A DNA stretch of 64,000 bases, taken from contig OZ251459.1 of assembly GCA_965242525.1 (NCBI GenBank), positions 3,424,001-3,488,000 on the forward strand, read 5' to 3'. Below, piece after piece: positions 38,157-47,398 of this stretch. Every line of letters begins with the position of its first letter. Positions within the stretch are counted from its first letter, which is position 1. The translations under genes were made by a program, and so were the position numbers. The DNA comes from an uncultured Candidatus Binatia bacterium (lineage in GTDB: Bacteria > Desulfobacterota > Binatia > UBA9968 > JAJDTQ01). The notes beneath the pieces are model-generated. The model did not search any database. It saw only the letters and a program-made list of their open reading frames with translations, and was not told where the DNA came from.

Positions 38157-39005
38157 ATGGAGAAGTCTTCGCCGTTATCGGAAACTTCGAGTGAGGGGAT
38201 GCGCGAGGCGGGATCCGTGAACGATCACAGCCGTTTGGAGAGTTTCTTCGGTTCGTTGAACCGGCGATTGTCGGAAGCCGCGGAAGCCGGCAGCCGCCGG
38301 CTGGAACGGTTCTTCCTCGAATTGAAACCGCGGCTCGAAGCCGCACGGTGGTTGGAAGCCGAGCGGGACCGGCGGTTCGCGCCCAGGTTCAACGTGCTCG
38401 ACCTCGTGCAGCCGGACGAACTGAGGCTGTCACGAATCATCGCGGGCCTGCTGGATCCGAAGGGCAAGCATGGACAAGGCGCGTGGTTCCTGCGCTGCCT
38501 GCTGGACAAGTTGCAGTTCGATTTCGACGGGGACGACGAGGATCTGAATCGCAGCCATGTGACCCTCGAATCGACGAACGAGGACCAGAGCCGTCTCGAC
38601 ATCAAGGTGGAAATCGGCCACCGCCATTGCCTGGCCATCGAGAATAAACCGTGGGCCAAGGACCAGACGAACCAAGTCGGGGACTACCTGAAGGCGCTGG
38701 AAAAGTACGAATCCCATCTTCTGATCTACCTGTCGGGGAACGGCAAAGGGCCAGGCGAAGACAGCCTTGGGAAAGCGGAGCGGGAGCGACTCGCAGAGCA
38801 GCTCGCGGGGGGACGGCGGCGTTTCGCCATCCTGCCGTACCGGGCGGCTGCGAAACTCGACGACGAGTTCAGCGATTTCCGCCCGGGCTTCTCCCTTGCG
38901 GACTGGCTGGCAGAGTGCCGCACGAAGTGCGACGCAGACAAGCTGCGCTGGTTTCTGCGCGATGTCGAAGACTATTGCCAACACCATTTGGAGGGAAGCC
39001 AATGA
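38157..39005 (+). CDS. PD-(D/E)XK nuclease family protein (PDDEXK_4-like)
   Basis: FNVLD..ELRLSRIIAGLLDPKGKHGQG, RLDIKV...IENKPWAKDQTNQVGDY, IYLS. Start could be 38199 or 38217. Confidence 0.85.
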   Translation: MEKSSPLSETSSEGMREAGSVNDHSRLESFFGSLNRRLSEAAEAGSRRLERFFLELKPRLEAARWLEAERDRRFAPRFNVLDLVQPDELRLSRIIAGLLDPKGKHGQGAWFLRCLLDKLQFDFDGDDEDLNRSHVTLESTNEDQSRLDIKVEIGHRHCLAIENKPWAKDQTNQVGDYLKALEKYESHLLIYLSGNGKGPGEDSLGKAERERLAEQLAGGRRRFAILPYRAAAKLDDEFSDFRPGFSLADWLAECRTKCDADKLRWFLRDVEDYCQHHLEGSQ

Positions 39006-39625
39006 CGACTGCCGAGCATACGGCGATAAAGGAGTTCGTGCTGGCGCATGACTCGAATTGGGAGACGGCGATGGCCGTCTGCAACGCTTTGCCCGAGATC
39101 AAGAGGGAAGTCTGTGAACCGTTCCTGGAGAAATTGCAGGAGAAGGTGCTCGGCCGGCTAAGGTCGGACAACCTGTTGGTGGACGCCAAGGGTGACTATG
39201 CCTACGGGAAAGGGGCCGCGTCCTATGTGTGCATCTACTCCGGTCGCTGGCGTCCATATGACGGAGGGAAACGAGTGTCCGTCGCGCTTCGTGCGGAGTC
39301 TGCGGCACCAAGCAACTGGTACGTTTGCGTGGCCCACCCTATGTACATCAATGATATGGAGGAGAAAACCAGGGTCCGGTGGAAGGAAATTGCAACGCGG
39401 CTACAGGAAAAACTCAAAGGAAGATTCCAGGGGCACTGGAACGCGTGGTATGGCAAGATTGACGACAAGTACCGGGACTGGGACCCGCTCATTCCGGCAA
39501 TCTACCAGGAACTGCAACGGGAAGAGAGTGGTGAGATCATGCGCTACTTCGTCGAGAAGTTCGTCGAGATCGCCAAAGAAGCCGTGCCCATCATCGACAG
39601 CCTCGAAGTAGAGTCGTCATCGTAG
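39002..39625 (+). CDS. Hypothetical protein translationally coupled to the nuclease
   Basis: GAGGGA RBS, ATGA overlap at 39002-39005; Trp/Tyr-rich. Confidence 0.75.
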   Translation: MTTAEHTAIKEFVLAHDSNWETAMAVCNALPEIKREVCEPFLEKLQEKVLGRLRSDNLLVDAKGDYAYGKGAASYVCIYSGRWRPYDGGKRVSVALRAESAAPSNWYVCVAHPMYINDMEEKTRVRWKEIATRLQEKLKGRFQGHWNAWYGKIDDKYRDWDPLIPAIYQELQREESGEIMRYFVEKFVEIAKEAVPIIDSLEVESSS

Positions 39626-39637
39626 TCGAGCACCGAG

Positions 39638-39715
39638 ACTTCGCTCGATCCACTCAATCTTCCTTGCCCGATTCCACTTCCTGACCGCCTTTCCTCTCTG
39701 GATAGCGCTTTCCAT
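39638..39715 (-). pseudogene. C-terminal remnant of a GIY-YIG (UPF0213-like) nuclease
   Basis: MESAIQRGKAVRKWNRARKIEWIERS resembles the AIxREKxxKxWxRxWKxxLIE signature; abuts a family-A REP. Confidence 0.65.
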
Positions 39716-39977
39716 GGAGATGGATTCCCGCTTTCGCGGGAATGACGGAGGTGGGCGGGCGCGGGAATGACCGGGGGTGAGCGCCTGCGGAATGATGGTG
39801 GGGCGTCCGCAACGCCAAACCGAGGTTCGAGAACTCCCGAAACTTGTCCTGCTAGCGCTTTCCATGGAGATGGATTCCCGCTTTCGCGGGAATGACGGGG
39901 GGTGAGCGCCTGCGGAATGATGGTGGGGCGTCTGCGACGCCAAACCGAGGTTCGAGAACTCCCGAAACTTGTCCTGC
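39703..39977. repeat. Tandem duplication (150 + 125 bp) containing family-A REP and half-sites
   Basis: Units 39703-39852 and 39853-39977; the first has one extra half-site unit. Confidence 0.9.
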
Positions 39978-40048
39978 AACCGTCCGGTCTGGTAAGTTCC
40001 ACACAGGCTGTAGGCACCGTGCCGCCAGCACGTCCGCGGAGGGAAATC

Positions 40049-40960
40049 ATGGGCAAGGCATCCGGCAACAAGGCGTCCGGCAGGAAGGGGGGGCGCGCAC
40101 CTCGGCAGCAGGCCCCTGCGCCCATCCCGTGGGGCGGGAACTGGCCGGTGCTGGCCCTGGCCGCGGTCGGGTTGCTGCTCACGGGATACTTGACCGGCAC
40201 CACGTGGTCGGGGGAGAAGGCGGCCTTCTGCGAGGCCGGCGCCGACTGCGACATCGTCCTGAACAGCCGCTGGTCGATGCTGCTCGGGCTGCCCACGTCG
40301 CTCTGGGGATTCCTCGTCTATGCCGCCATCGCCGGCGCGGCCTTCGCCCGGCGCCGGGACAAGCGCTGGAAGCTGTTGGTCGCGGCCTCGCTCTTCGGCG
40401 TGGCGTACAGCGTCTATCTCACGGGCATCTCCCTGTTCCGGCTGGAGGCCGCCTGTCCGTATTGCCTCGCGTCCCTGGGCCTGCTGGCGGCCATTTTCGT
40501 CGTCACCCTGTTCCAGATCCCGCGGGAAAGCCGACGGTTCTCGTGGAAGCCCTGGCTCGGGGCGAGCCTGGGGACGGCCGCGGTCGCGGTGCTGGCCGTC
40601 CACATGGTGTTCTATTCCGGCGCCACGGTCATGGCCTCCGCCAAGGAGGACCCCTGGATGAAGGCCCTGGCCACCCACCTGGAGGAGACCGGCGCCAAGA
40701 TGTACGGAGCGTTCTGGTGCCCCGCCTGCGAGAGCCAGAAGGAGATGTTCGGAGCGTCCGCGGCCCGGCTGCCCTACGTCGAATGCAGTCCCGCGGGACG
40801 CAACGGCCCCACGTCGTCCACGTGCCTGGCCGCCGGAGTCCGTTCCTATCCCACCTGGACCATCGAGGGCCAGCGCCATGTGGGGGTGTTGTCGCCGTCG
40901 GACCTGGCGGACCGCTCCGGCTTCCCCGGCGTCGAGGCGCCGGCAAGGGACGGCGGTTGA
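40049..40960 (+). CDS. Vitamin K epoxide reductase family protein fused to a thioredoxin-like domain
   Basis: FCEAGADCDIVLNSRWS, ACPYCLAS, MYGAFWCPAC..QKEMFG, YVEC, YPTW. Confidence 0.92.
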   Translation: MGKASGNKASGRKGGRAPRQQAPAPIPWGGNWPVLALAAVGLLLTGYLTGTTWSGEKAAFCEAGADCDIVLNSRWSMLLGLPTSLWGFLVYAAIAGAAFARRRDKRWKLLVAASLFGVAYSVYLTGISLFRLEAACPYCLASLGLLAAIFVVTLFQIPRESRRFSWKPWLGASLGTAAVAVLAVHMVFYSGATVMASAKEDPWMKALATHLEETGAKMYGAFWCPACESQKEMFGASAARLPYVECSPAGRNGPTSSTCLAAGVRSYPTWTIEGQRHVGVLSPSDLADRSGFPGVEAPARDGG

Positions 40961-41017
40961 CCCTGCGTCGGTAACCGGCCTCCATCGGACCGGGGCCGGC
41001 CCGCCGGGGCCGTCCAG

Positions 41018-41150
41018 GGAACCTCTGAACCATCGAGACATCCGGGATGGATTCCCTCACCCTGACCGTCCTGTCCCCGTTCGTCCCGAGCGCAGCGAAG
41101 CGGAGTCGAAGGACGCGCTCTTGCCTCCGTCCCGATCGTCCAGAGGTTCC
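41018..41150 (-). mobile_element. MITE with family-B cargo
   Basis: GGAACCTCTGAACCATC ... GATCGTCCAGAGGTTCC. Confidence 0.8.
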
Positions 41151-41154
41151 CTGA

Positions 41155-44100
41155 ATGGTCCGGCAAACCGGCCAAGGCCCGGGAGAAGGTTGCCTGGACA
41201 AGCTCATCAACCCGTTTGCGGCCTGCTTCGACGCCATCAAGGGCCTGGATGTCTCCGAGGCCACCGAGCACACCCTGCGCGGGCCTTTGGAGACGCTGCT
41301 CGAGGCGATGGCCGCGGACGCCGGCCCCGGCCTCCGCGTCGTCCACGAACCCAAGCGGGACCCGGCCGGCCTGGGCGCGCCGGACTTCAAGGTCAAGCGG
41401 CACGAGGCCATCCTCGGCTACGTGGAGAACAAGAGGGTCGGCGCCGACCTCGACGCCGTGCTGCAATCGGACCAGATCGCCAAATACAGGAAGCTGTCCG
41501 GCAACATCGTCCTGACCAACTACCTGGAATGGATCTGGCTGAAGGACGGCGAGGTCAACCGGCGGGAAACCCTCTGCTCCGCCAGCGCGGTGGGGAACCG
41601 GCAGGCCCGGCTCGACCCGGACCGGGCCCACGAGGTCGCCGCGCTGGTCGCCGCGTTCCTGTCCACGCCGCCGGAAAAGCTGGGCAACGCCAGAAAACTG
41701 TCCGAGGCGCTGGCGGTGCGCTGCCATGACCTGCGCGATTTCCTGCTGGACGAGCTGGTGCGGCAGGACTCCTCACGGCGGAAGGGCCGGCTCTACGGCT
41801 TGTACGACGTGTTCCGGCGAGACGTGTTCCATGAACTCGAACTCGGGGAATTCGCCGACGCCTTCGCCCAAACGCTGGGGTACGGCCTGTTCCTGGCGAA
41901 ACTCAACGCCGGGGAGCGCACGCCCGTCACCCTGCACGATACGAAACGCTACGTGCCCGCCCATTTCGCGTTGATCCGCGAACTGGTGGACTTCCTGGGC
42001 GAACTGGAACAGGAGGAATACCGGGGGATCCGATGGCTGGTGGAGGAAATCCTCAGCATCATGAACACCCTGGACCTCGCCGCGGTCCTCGAAGACCTGG
42101 CCTTCACCAGGCCGCAAGCGCGGCCGGCGGACCCCGTCGAAGAAGATCGCCTGCTGTTCGCCAAAGACCCTTACGTCTATTTCTACGAAGACTTCCTGAA
42201 AGCCTACGACCGGGAAACCCGCAAGGCCCGGGGCGTGTACTACACGCCGCCGCCGGTGGTGAACTTCATCGTCCGCGCGGTGGACGACATCCTGAAGGAC
42301 ACCTTCGGCATCGCCGCGGGGCTGGCCGACCGCAAGCGCGTGACCGTGCTGGACTTCGCCACCGGCACGGGCACCTTCCTGCTGGAGGTGCTGCAACGGA
42401 TATTCGAGACGGCGGCCCCGGGCGTGCGCGGCCAGGTCGTGAGGGAACACGTCCTGAAGAACCTGTACGGCTTCGAGTACCTCATCGCGCCCTATACCAT
42501 CGCCCACCTGAAGCTGTCGCAATTCCTGCACGACCGGGGCTACGACATGCAGTCCGGCGAGCGGCTGCAAATCTACCTGACCAACGCCCTGGAGCCCATC
42601 GAGGCCCAGGCCAACTGGCTGCTGCCCGCCCTGTCGCGGGAAGTCGAAGCCGCGCAGCACATCAAGGACAACCCCATCCTGGTCATTACCGGCAACCCCC
42701 CCTATGCCGGCCACTCCCGGAACACCGGCGCGTGGATTACGGAGAAGATCAACGCCTACAAGACCGTGGACGGCAAGCCGCTGGGCGAAAGGAACCTCAA
42801 GTGGCTGCAGGACGATTACGTCAAGTTCGTCCGTTTCGCCCAATGGAAGATGGAGCAGGCAGAGGAAGGCGTGGTCGGCATCGTCACCAACCATTCCTTT
42901 CTGGACAACCCCACGTTCCGGGGCATGCGGCAGTCGTTGATGCAGACCTTCCACCGGTTGTACGTGCTCGACCTGCACGGCAATGCGAAGAAGAAGGAAC
43001 GGACGCCCGAGGGGGGCAAGGACGAGAACGTGTTCGACATCGAGCAGGGCGTGGCGGTCTCCCTGCTGGTGAAGAAGAAGGGGCTGCAACGGGGCGTGTA
43101 CCACGCCGACCTGTGGGGTCGGCGGACGGAGAAGTACAGGGCCTTGCTGGAAGCGGAGAAAGACACCGTGGAGTGGACGGAACTGAACCCGTCTCCCCCC
43201 TTCCGCCTGTTCATTCCGCAGGACGAAAAACTGCGGGACGAGTACGAACGGGGATGGAAGGTGACGGACATCTTTCCGGTCAATTCCGTGGGGGTCACGA
43301 CCGCGCGAGACCGTCTGAGCATCCACTATACGGAAGACGAGCTGTGGAGGACCGTCCGGGACTTTGCCGCCTTGCCGGCGAACGAAGCCCGTGAGAAGTA
43401 CAAGCTGGGAAACGACGCCAGGGATTGGAAAGTGGAGCTCGCCCAGCGTGACTTGCAGAGGAGCGGACCGTCGAAAGAGCGTGTGGTTCCCATTGCCTAT
43501 CGTCCGTTCGACGTGCGCCATACCTACTACACCGGCCATTCGCGCGGGTTCCACTGCAAGCCGCGCGGAGCCGTCATGCGGCACATGCTGGCCGGGGAAA
43601 ACATCGGCATCGTTACGACACGGCAGACGAAAGACGATTGGGCCGTGTTTGCGACCGCCCACATCACCGGACACAAATCGGGCAGCCGTTACGACATAAG
43701 CTACCTCTTTCCTCTCTACCTCTATCCGCCGCCGGAAGGAGAGGAAAGCAGGGATGCGCTGTTCGGCGCCTCCAAAGGCAAGGGGCGAACCGAAAACTTC
43801 AGCCGGGGGTTCCGCGCCTTCCTGGACGAAAAGTACGGACGCCGTTACAGCCCCGAAGACGTCTTTGGCTATATGTACGCAGTGCTGTACAGCCCCACCT
43901 ACCGCGAAAGGTATCGGGACTTCCTGGCGCGGGACTTTCCACGCGTGCCGTTCGTCGACGCACGAGAGACCTTCGAGACGTTATCGGCGCTCGGCCGGGA
44001 ATTGGCCCGGACGCACCTGCTCGAAACCGTCCCGACTTCCTTGAAGGTGGAGTCTCCCCCCGGCGACTACACGGTCGAGAGGCCCGTCTACGAGCCGCGG

Positions 44101-44322
44101 CGCGAACGCCTGCACATCAACGAGGCGCAGTACTTCTCCCCGACGCCGCAAGACGTCTGGGACTTCCACATCGACGGCTACCGGGTGCTCGACAAGTACC
44201 TGAAATCCCGCAAGGGCCGGACGCTCTCCCTCGACGAGATCGAGACCGTACAAGCCGTCGTCAACGTCCTGCGCTTCACCATCGACCAGATGCAGCGGAT
44301 CGACGCCTGCTGGAGCCCGTGA
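41155..44322 (+). CDS. Single-chain restriction-modification enzyme (nuclease + N6-adenine MTase + TRD; Type IIG / Type ISP-related, no helicase)
   Basis: APDF...YVENK nuclease motif, GVYYTP, DFATGTG (motif I), GNPPY (motif IV), YRPFD, DFPRVP. Start uncertain. Confidence 0.88.
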   Translation: MVRQTGQGPGEGCLDKLINPFAACFDAIKGLDVSEATEHTLRGPLETLLEAMAADAGPGLRVVHEPKRDPAGLGAPDFKVKRHEAILGYVENKRVGADLDAVLQSDQIAKYRKLSGNIVLTNYLEWIWLKDGEVNRRETLCSASAVGNRQARLDPDRAHEVAALVAAFLSTPPEKLGNARKLSEALAVRCHDLRDFLLDELVRQDSSRRKGRLYGLYDVFRRDVFHELELGEFADAFAQTLGYGLFLAKLNAGERTPVTLHDTKRYVPAHFALIRELVDFLGELEQEEYRGIRWLVEEILSIMNTLDLAAVLEDLAFTRPQARPADPVEEDRLLFAKDPYVYFYEDFLKAYDRETRKARGVYYTPPPVVNFIVRAVDDILKDTFGIAAGLADRKRVTVLDFATGTGTFLLEVLQRIFETAAPGVRGQVVREHVLKNLYGFEYLIAPYTIAHLKLSQFLHDRGYDMQSGERLQIYLTNALEPIEAQANWLLPALSREVEAAQHIKDNPILVITGNPPYAGHSRNTGAWITEKINAYKTVDGKPLGERNLKWLQDDYVKFVRFAQWKMEQAEEGVVGIVTNHSFLDNPTFRGMRQSLMQTFHRLYVLDLHGNAKKKERTPEGGKDENVFDIEQGVAVSLLVKKKGLQRGVYHADLWGRRTEKYRALLEAEKDTVEWTELNPSPPFRLFIPQDEKLRDEYERGWKVTDIFPVNSVGVTTARDRLSIHYTEDELWRTVRDFAALPANEAREKYKLGNDARDWKVELAQRDLQRSGPSKERVVPIAYRPFDVRHTYYTGHSRGFHCKPRGAVMRHMLAGENIGIVTTRQTKDDWAVFATAHITGHKSGSRYDISYLFPLYLYPPPEGEESRDALFGASKGKGRTENFSRGFRAFLDEKYGRRYSPEDVFGYMYAVLYSPTYRERYRDFLARDFPRVPFVDARETFETLSALGRELARTHLLETVPTSLKVESPPGDYTVERPVYEPRRERLHINEAQYFSPTPQDVWDFHIDGYRVLDKYLKSRKGRTLSLDEIETVQAVVNVLRFTIDQMQRIDACWSP

Positions 44323-44332
44323 GGAAGCTCCC

Positions 44333-45154
44333 GTGTCCAGGATCATCACCCTGACCACCGACTTCGGCCATCGGGACCCTTTCGTGGGCATCATGAAGGG
44401 AGTCATCGCCGCCATCGACCCCGGCGCAACCGTGGTGGACCTGACCCACGGCGTCGCTCCCCAGGACGTCACCGGCGGGGCCCTGGCCCTGGCGGCCGCG
44501 GTGGACTACTTTCCCGCGGGCGCGGTCCACTTGGCGGTGGTGGACCCCGGGGTCGGCAGCGCGCGGCGCGCCCTCCTGCTCGAAACCGACCGGGCCTTCT
44601 ACGTGGGGCCCGACAACGGACTCCTGCGGCTGGCCGCGGACCGGCAACGGCTGGTCCGCGCCGTCCACCTGTCGAACCCCGATTACCACCTGCGGCCCAC
44701 CAGCGCGACGTTCCATGGCCGGGACGTGTTCGCTCCCGTGGCCGCCCATGTGTCCCTGGGCGCGCCGCCGGAGCGACTCGGCGAGACCGTGGAAGCCTGC
44801 GAGGAGCTGGCCCTGCCGAAGCCGGAAAGGGACGGCGAGGGAGGCCTGGCCGGCCAGGTGATCCATATCGACGGCTTCGGCAACCTCACCACCAACCTCC
44901 GCCTCGGGGACCTGGAGCCGTTGGGCGGGGACCGCGTCTCGTTCCGAATCGGCGGCCGGGTGATCCGGGGACTGTCGGCCAGCTACGCCTCGGCCGGACC
45001 CGGCAACTACCTCGCGCTCGTCAACAGTTGGGAGCTGCTCGAAATATCCCGGTGCAACGGCAGCGCCGAAGCCGGACTCGGCGTCCGGGTCGGCGACCGG
45101 GTGGCAGCGCGTCCTTCGACTCCGCTTCGCTACGCTCAGGACGAACGGGGATAG
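44333..45154 (+). CDS. SAM hydroxide adenosyltransferase family protein (DUF62)
   Basis: ITLTTDFG, VVDPGVGS, GPDNG, TFHGRDVFAP, IDGFGN. The last 15 aa or so are family-B repeat. Confidence 0.9.
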   Translation: MSRIITLTTDFGHRDPFVGIMKGVIAAIDPGATVVDLTHGVAPQDVTGGALALAAAVDYFPAGAVHLAVVDPGVGSARRALLLETDRAFYVGPDNGLLRLAADRQRLVRAVHLSNPDYHLRPTSATFHGRDVFAPVAAHVSLGAPPERLGETVEACEELALPKPERDGEGGLAGQVIHIDGFGNLTTNLRLGDLEPLGGDRVSFRIGGRVIRGLSASYASAGPGNYLALVNSWELLEISRCNGSAEAGLGVRVGDRVAARPSTPLRYAQDERG

Positions 45155-45226
45155 CAAAGGTGGCTCTTCCGACTTTCGTGTGGGTAAGGAAGGAAAGGGA
45201 AGCGACATCTCCGCGGACGCTCACCC

Positions 45227-45374
45227 GTCATTCCCGCGAAAGCGGGAATCCATCCGCTTTCCTCGCTCTCGTTGTACAAACCCTCATACATGGCACCCAC
45301 GGGGTTTGTTTGCTCGCAAGGTCTGGATTCCCGCTTTCGCGGGAATGACGAGGCGAGGCTTTCGCGGGGATGAC
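45227..45374. repeat. Family-A REP doublet (REPIN-like)
   Basis: Inverted copies at 45227-45252 and 45324-45349; spacer homologous to 10310-10377. Confidence 0.9.
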
Positions 45375-45576
45375 GGGATGGGGAGTGTCGCAACCCACAC
45401 GAATTCCTGAAGCGCCGCAAAGGTCTCGGAGCCGGCGCCGTTCGACAGGAAGGAAGCCGGGACGAAGGGTCTGTAAACAGGGACGGCTACCGGGCTATCA
45501 TACGGCCTTGCGGCGGCAGCTACCTTGAGACCCTGACAGCGGGTACGGCGCCCGGAACCCCACGGGAGAGGTCGCC

Positions 45577-46041
45577 ATGGCGGACGAAAGACTGAGTTGG
45601 GACCAGTATTTCATGACCATCACCCGGCAGGTGGCGGAACGGTCCACCTGCACCCGGGCCAAGGTGGGCGCGGTGATCGTCCGGGACCGGAGCATCCTCG
45701 CCACGGGCTACAACGGCGCCCCCGCGGGCATGCCCCATTGCACCGAGGCGGGCTGCCTCGTCTATGAGTCCAGGACTCCCAACGGGGAGGTCGAGCAGAA
45801 CTGCTTCCGCACCATACACGCAGAGATCAACGCCATCGCGCAGGCGGCCAAGAACGGCGCCAGCATCAAGGAAGCCTCCATCTACATCACCCACACCCCG
45901 TGCATCCACTGCCTCAAAGTCCTGGTCAACACGGGGGTGCGCGAGATCTTCTACGAGAAACCCTACAAGCTGGACACCGTGACCGACATCCTCGAGCACA
46001 CCGAGGTCACGCTGCATCCGGTGGCCATGCCCGTGCGGTGA
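45577..46041 (+). CDS. dCMP deaminase family protein
   Basis: SWDQYFM, RSTC, ATGYNG, HAEINAI, PCIHC. Confidence 0.93.
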   Translation: MADERLSWDQYFMTITRQVAERSTCTRAKVGAVIVRDRSILATGYNGAPAGMPHCTEAGCLVYESRTPNGEVEQNCFRTIHAEINAIAQAAKNGASIKEASIYITHTPCIHCLKVLVNTGVREIFYEKPYKLDTVTDILEHTEVTLHPVAMPVR

Positions 46042-46288
46042 GCGCCGCGGCCTCCGGGCGGTTGCTTCCCGGAGGATGATGTTCTCGTTGGCGCAGAGAA
46101 GACAGGGGGGTTCGGCGGCCCTTCCCACGCCCCGGCCCGATACCCCGAAAGGTTCAGGCCGCCCAACGGGTTGTGGCGGGGTTCGCCACCGGACCGGGGC
46201 GCGCCGGGTCGACGGCACGGCCCGCGCGAGGGCGGGCGCGTGCTCGTCGAGAGTGGCCGCGCCGGGAGGGCGCGGGGCGCAGGAGCGC

Positions 46289-46615
46289 CTAGACCTTGCC
46301 CGCCAGGATGAAGGCGATGATCAAGGCGTAGATGCCCAGCGCTTCGATGAGGGCCAGGGACAGGATCAACGGGGTGAAGATCTTGTCCGCGGAGTTGGGG
46401 TTGCGGCCGATGCTTTCCATGGCGGCGCCGCCGACCCGGCCTTGCGCGAGCGCGCAGCCGAACGCGGCGATGGCGATGCCGAGGCCTGCGCCCAGCGCAA
46501 CGATACCCGGGACCATGCTCGCCCCGCTGCCGCCCGCGGCGTCGGCCGCGGCGGCGACCCCCGACAGGGTCAGCAGGAAGAGCCCCGTGAGAACGTAAGC
46601 CGTCAGTTGCTTCAT
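46289..46615 (-). CDS. atpE: ATP synthase F0 subunit c
   Basis: GAGLGIAIAAFG, IGRNP, LALIEAL; start ATG 46615 with GGAGG RBS. Confidence 0.95.
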   Translation of the reverse strand: MKQLTAYVLTGLFLLTLSGVAAAADAAGGSGASMVPGIVALGAGLGIAIAAFGCALAQGRVGGAAMESIGRNPNSADKIFTPLILSLALIEALGIYALIIAFILAGKV

Positions 46616-46689
46616 CTGTTCCTCCTTTCCGGCGCTGCGGAACGGTTCGCCAACCTCTCCTCTTCCTCCTCTACGGAACCTCGCAACGC

Positions 46690-47394
46690 TCAATGATCGT
46701 GGCTCATGGCCAGAGACGCATAGATCATGCTCAACAGTGTGAAGACGAACGCCTGGATCACCGACACCAGGGCCCCGAGCAGGTAGAAGAGCACCGGCAC
46801 CGCCACATAGGTGAGCGCGGTGAAGATCTCCACCACCAGGTGGTCGGCGAACATGTTGAAGGCCAGCCGCAGGCCCAACGTGAGCGGCCGGAACATGTGG
46901 GAGAACACCTCGATCAGGAAGAACAGCGGCGCGATCAACAGGAACGGCCCCATGAACTGCTTGACGTAGCTGCCGCCGTGCTCCCGGATGCCGAAGTAGT
47001 GGTAGGCGCCGAAGGAGACCAGGCCCAGGCCCAGGGTGATGTTGAGGTTGCTGGTGGGGGGCGAGAACCCCGGCACCAGGCCGATGAAGTTGGAGAGCAG
47101 GATGAAGATGAAGAACGTGCCGTAGAGGGAGAGGTAGCGTCGTCCCTTGGGGCCGATGACGCTGTCGCTCAACGCCGCCACGAACTCGATCAGGAGCTGG
47201 AAGACGTTCACCAGGGTGATGCGGTCGCTGGGGATCACCGCGTCATGGGTGTCCAGCAGGCGGCGCCTGACGCCCAGAGCCAGGACCACCAGCAACCCCA
47301 TGGCCACCAGCGAGAAGAACAGCGGCATGGACAGGACGCCCTGCAAGGACGCGGGTATCAGGTCGTACCAAGTGAATGGATGATGTCCCATCAA
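46690..47394 (-). CDS. atpB: ATP synthase F0 subunit a
   Basis: NFIGLVPG..PPT, RPLTLGLRLAFNMFADH, IQAFVFTLL. Confidence 0.95.
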   Translation of the reverse strand: MMGHHPFTWYDLIPASLQGVLSMPLFFSLVAMGLLVVLALGVRRRLLDTHDAVIPSDRITLVNVFQLLIEFVAALSDSVIGPKGRRYLSLYGTFFIFILLSNFIGLVPGFSPPTSNLNITLGLGLVSFGAYHYFGIREHGGSYVKQFMGPFLLIAPLFFLIEVFSHMFRPLTLGLRLAFNMFADHLVVEIFTALTYVAVPVLFYLLGALVSVIQAFVFTLLSMIYASLAMSHDH

Positions 47395-47398
47395 AGAG

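Noticed and set aside
44333-45154. Fluorinase/chlorinase
   Set aside because: Motifs, including HGRD, fit the widespread DUF62 SAM hydrolase; no halometabolite genes nearby.
45500-45576. Known riboswitch upstream of the dCMP deaminase
   Set aside because: Could not match by eye to ZTP, purine or other consensus; needs an Rfam search. Reported only as part of the repeated module.
46289-46615. Na+-translocating ATP synthase
   Set aside because: Subunit c has Q and E but A, not S/T, after the Glu, so the Na+ signature is incomplete.
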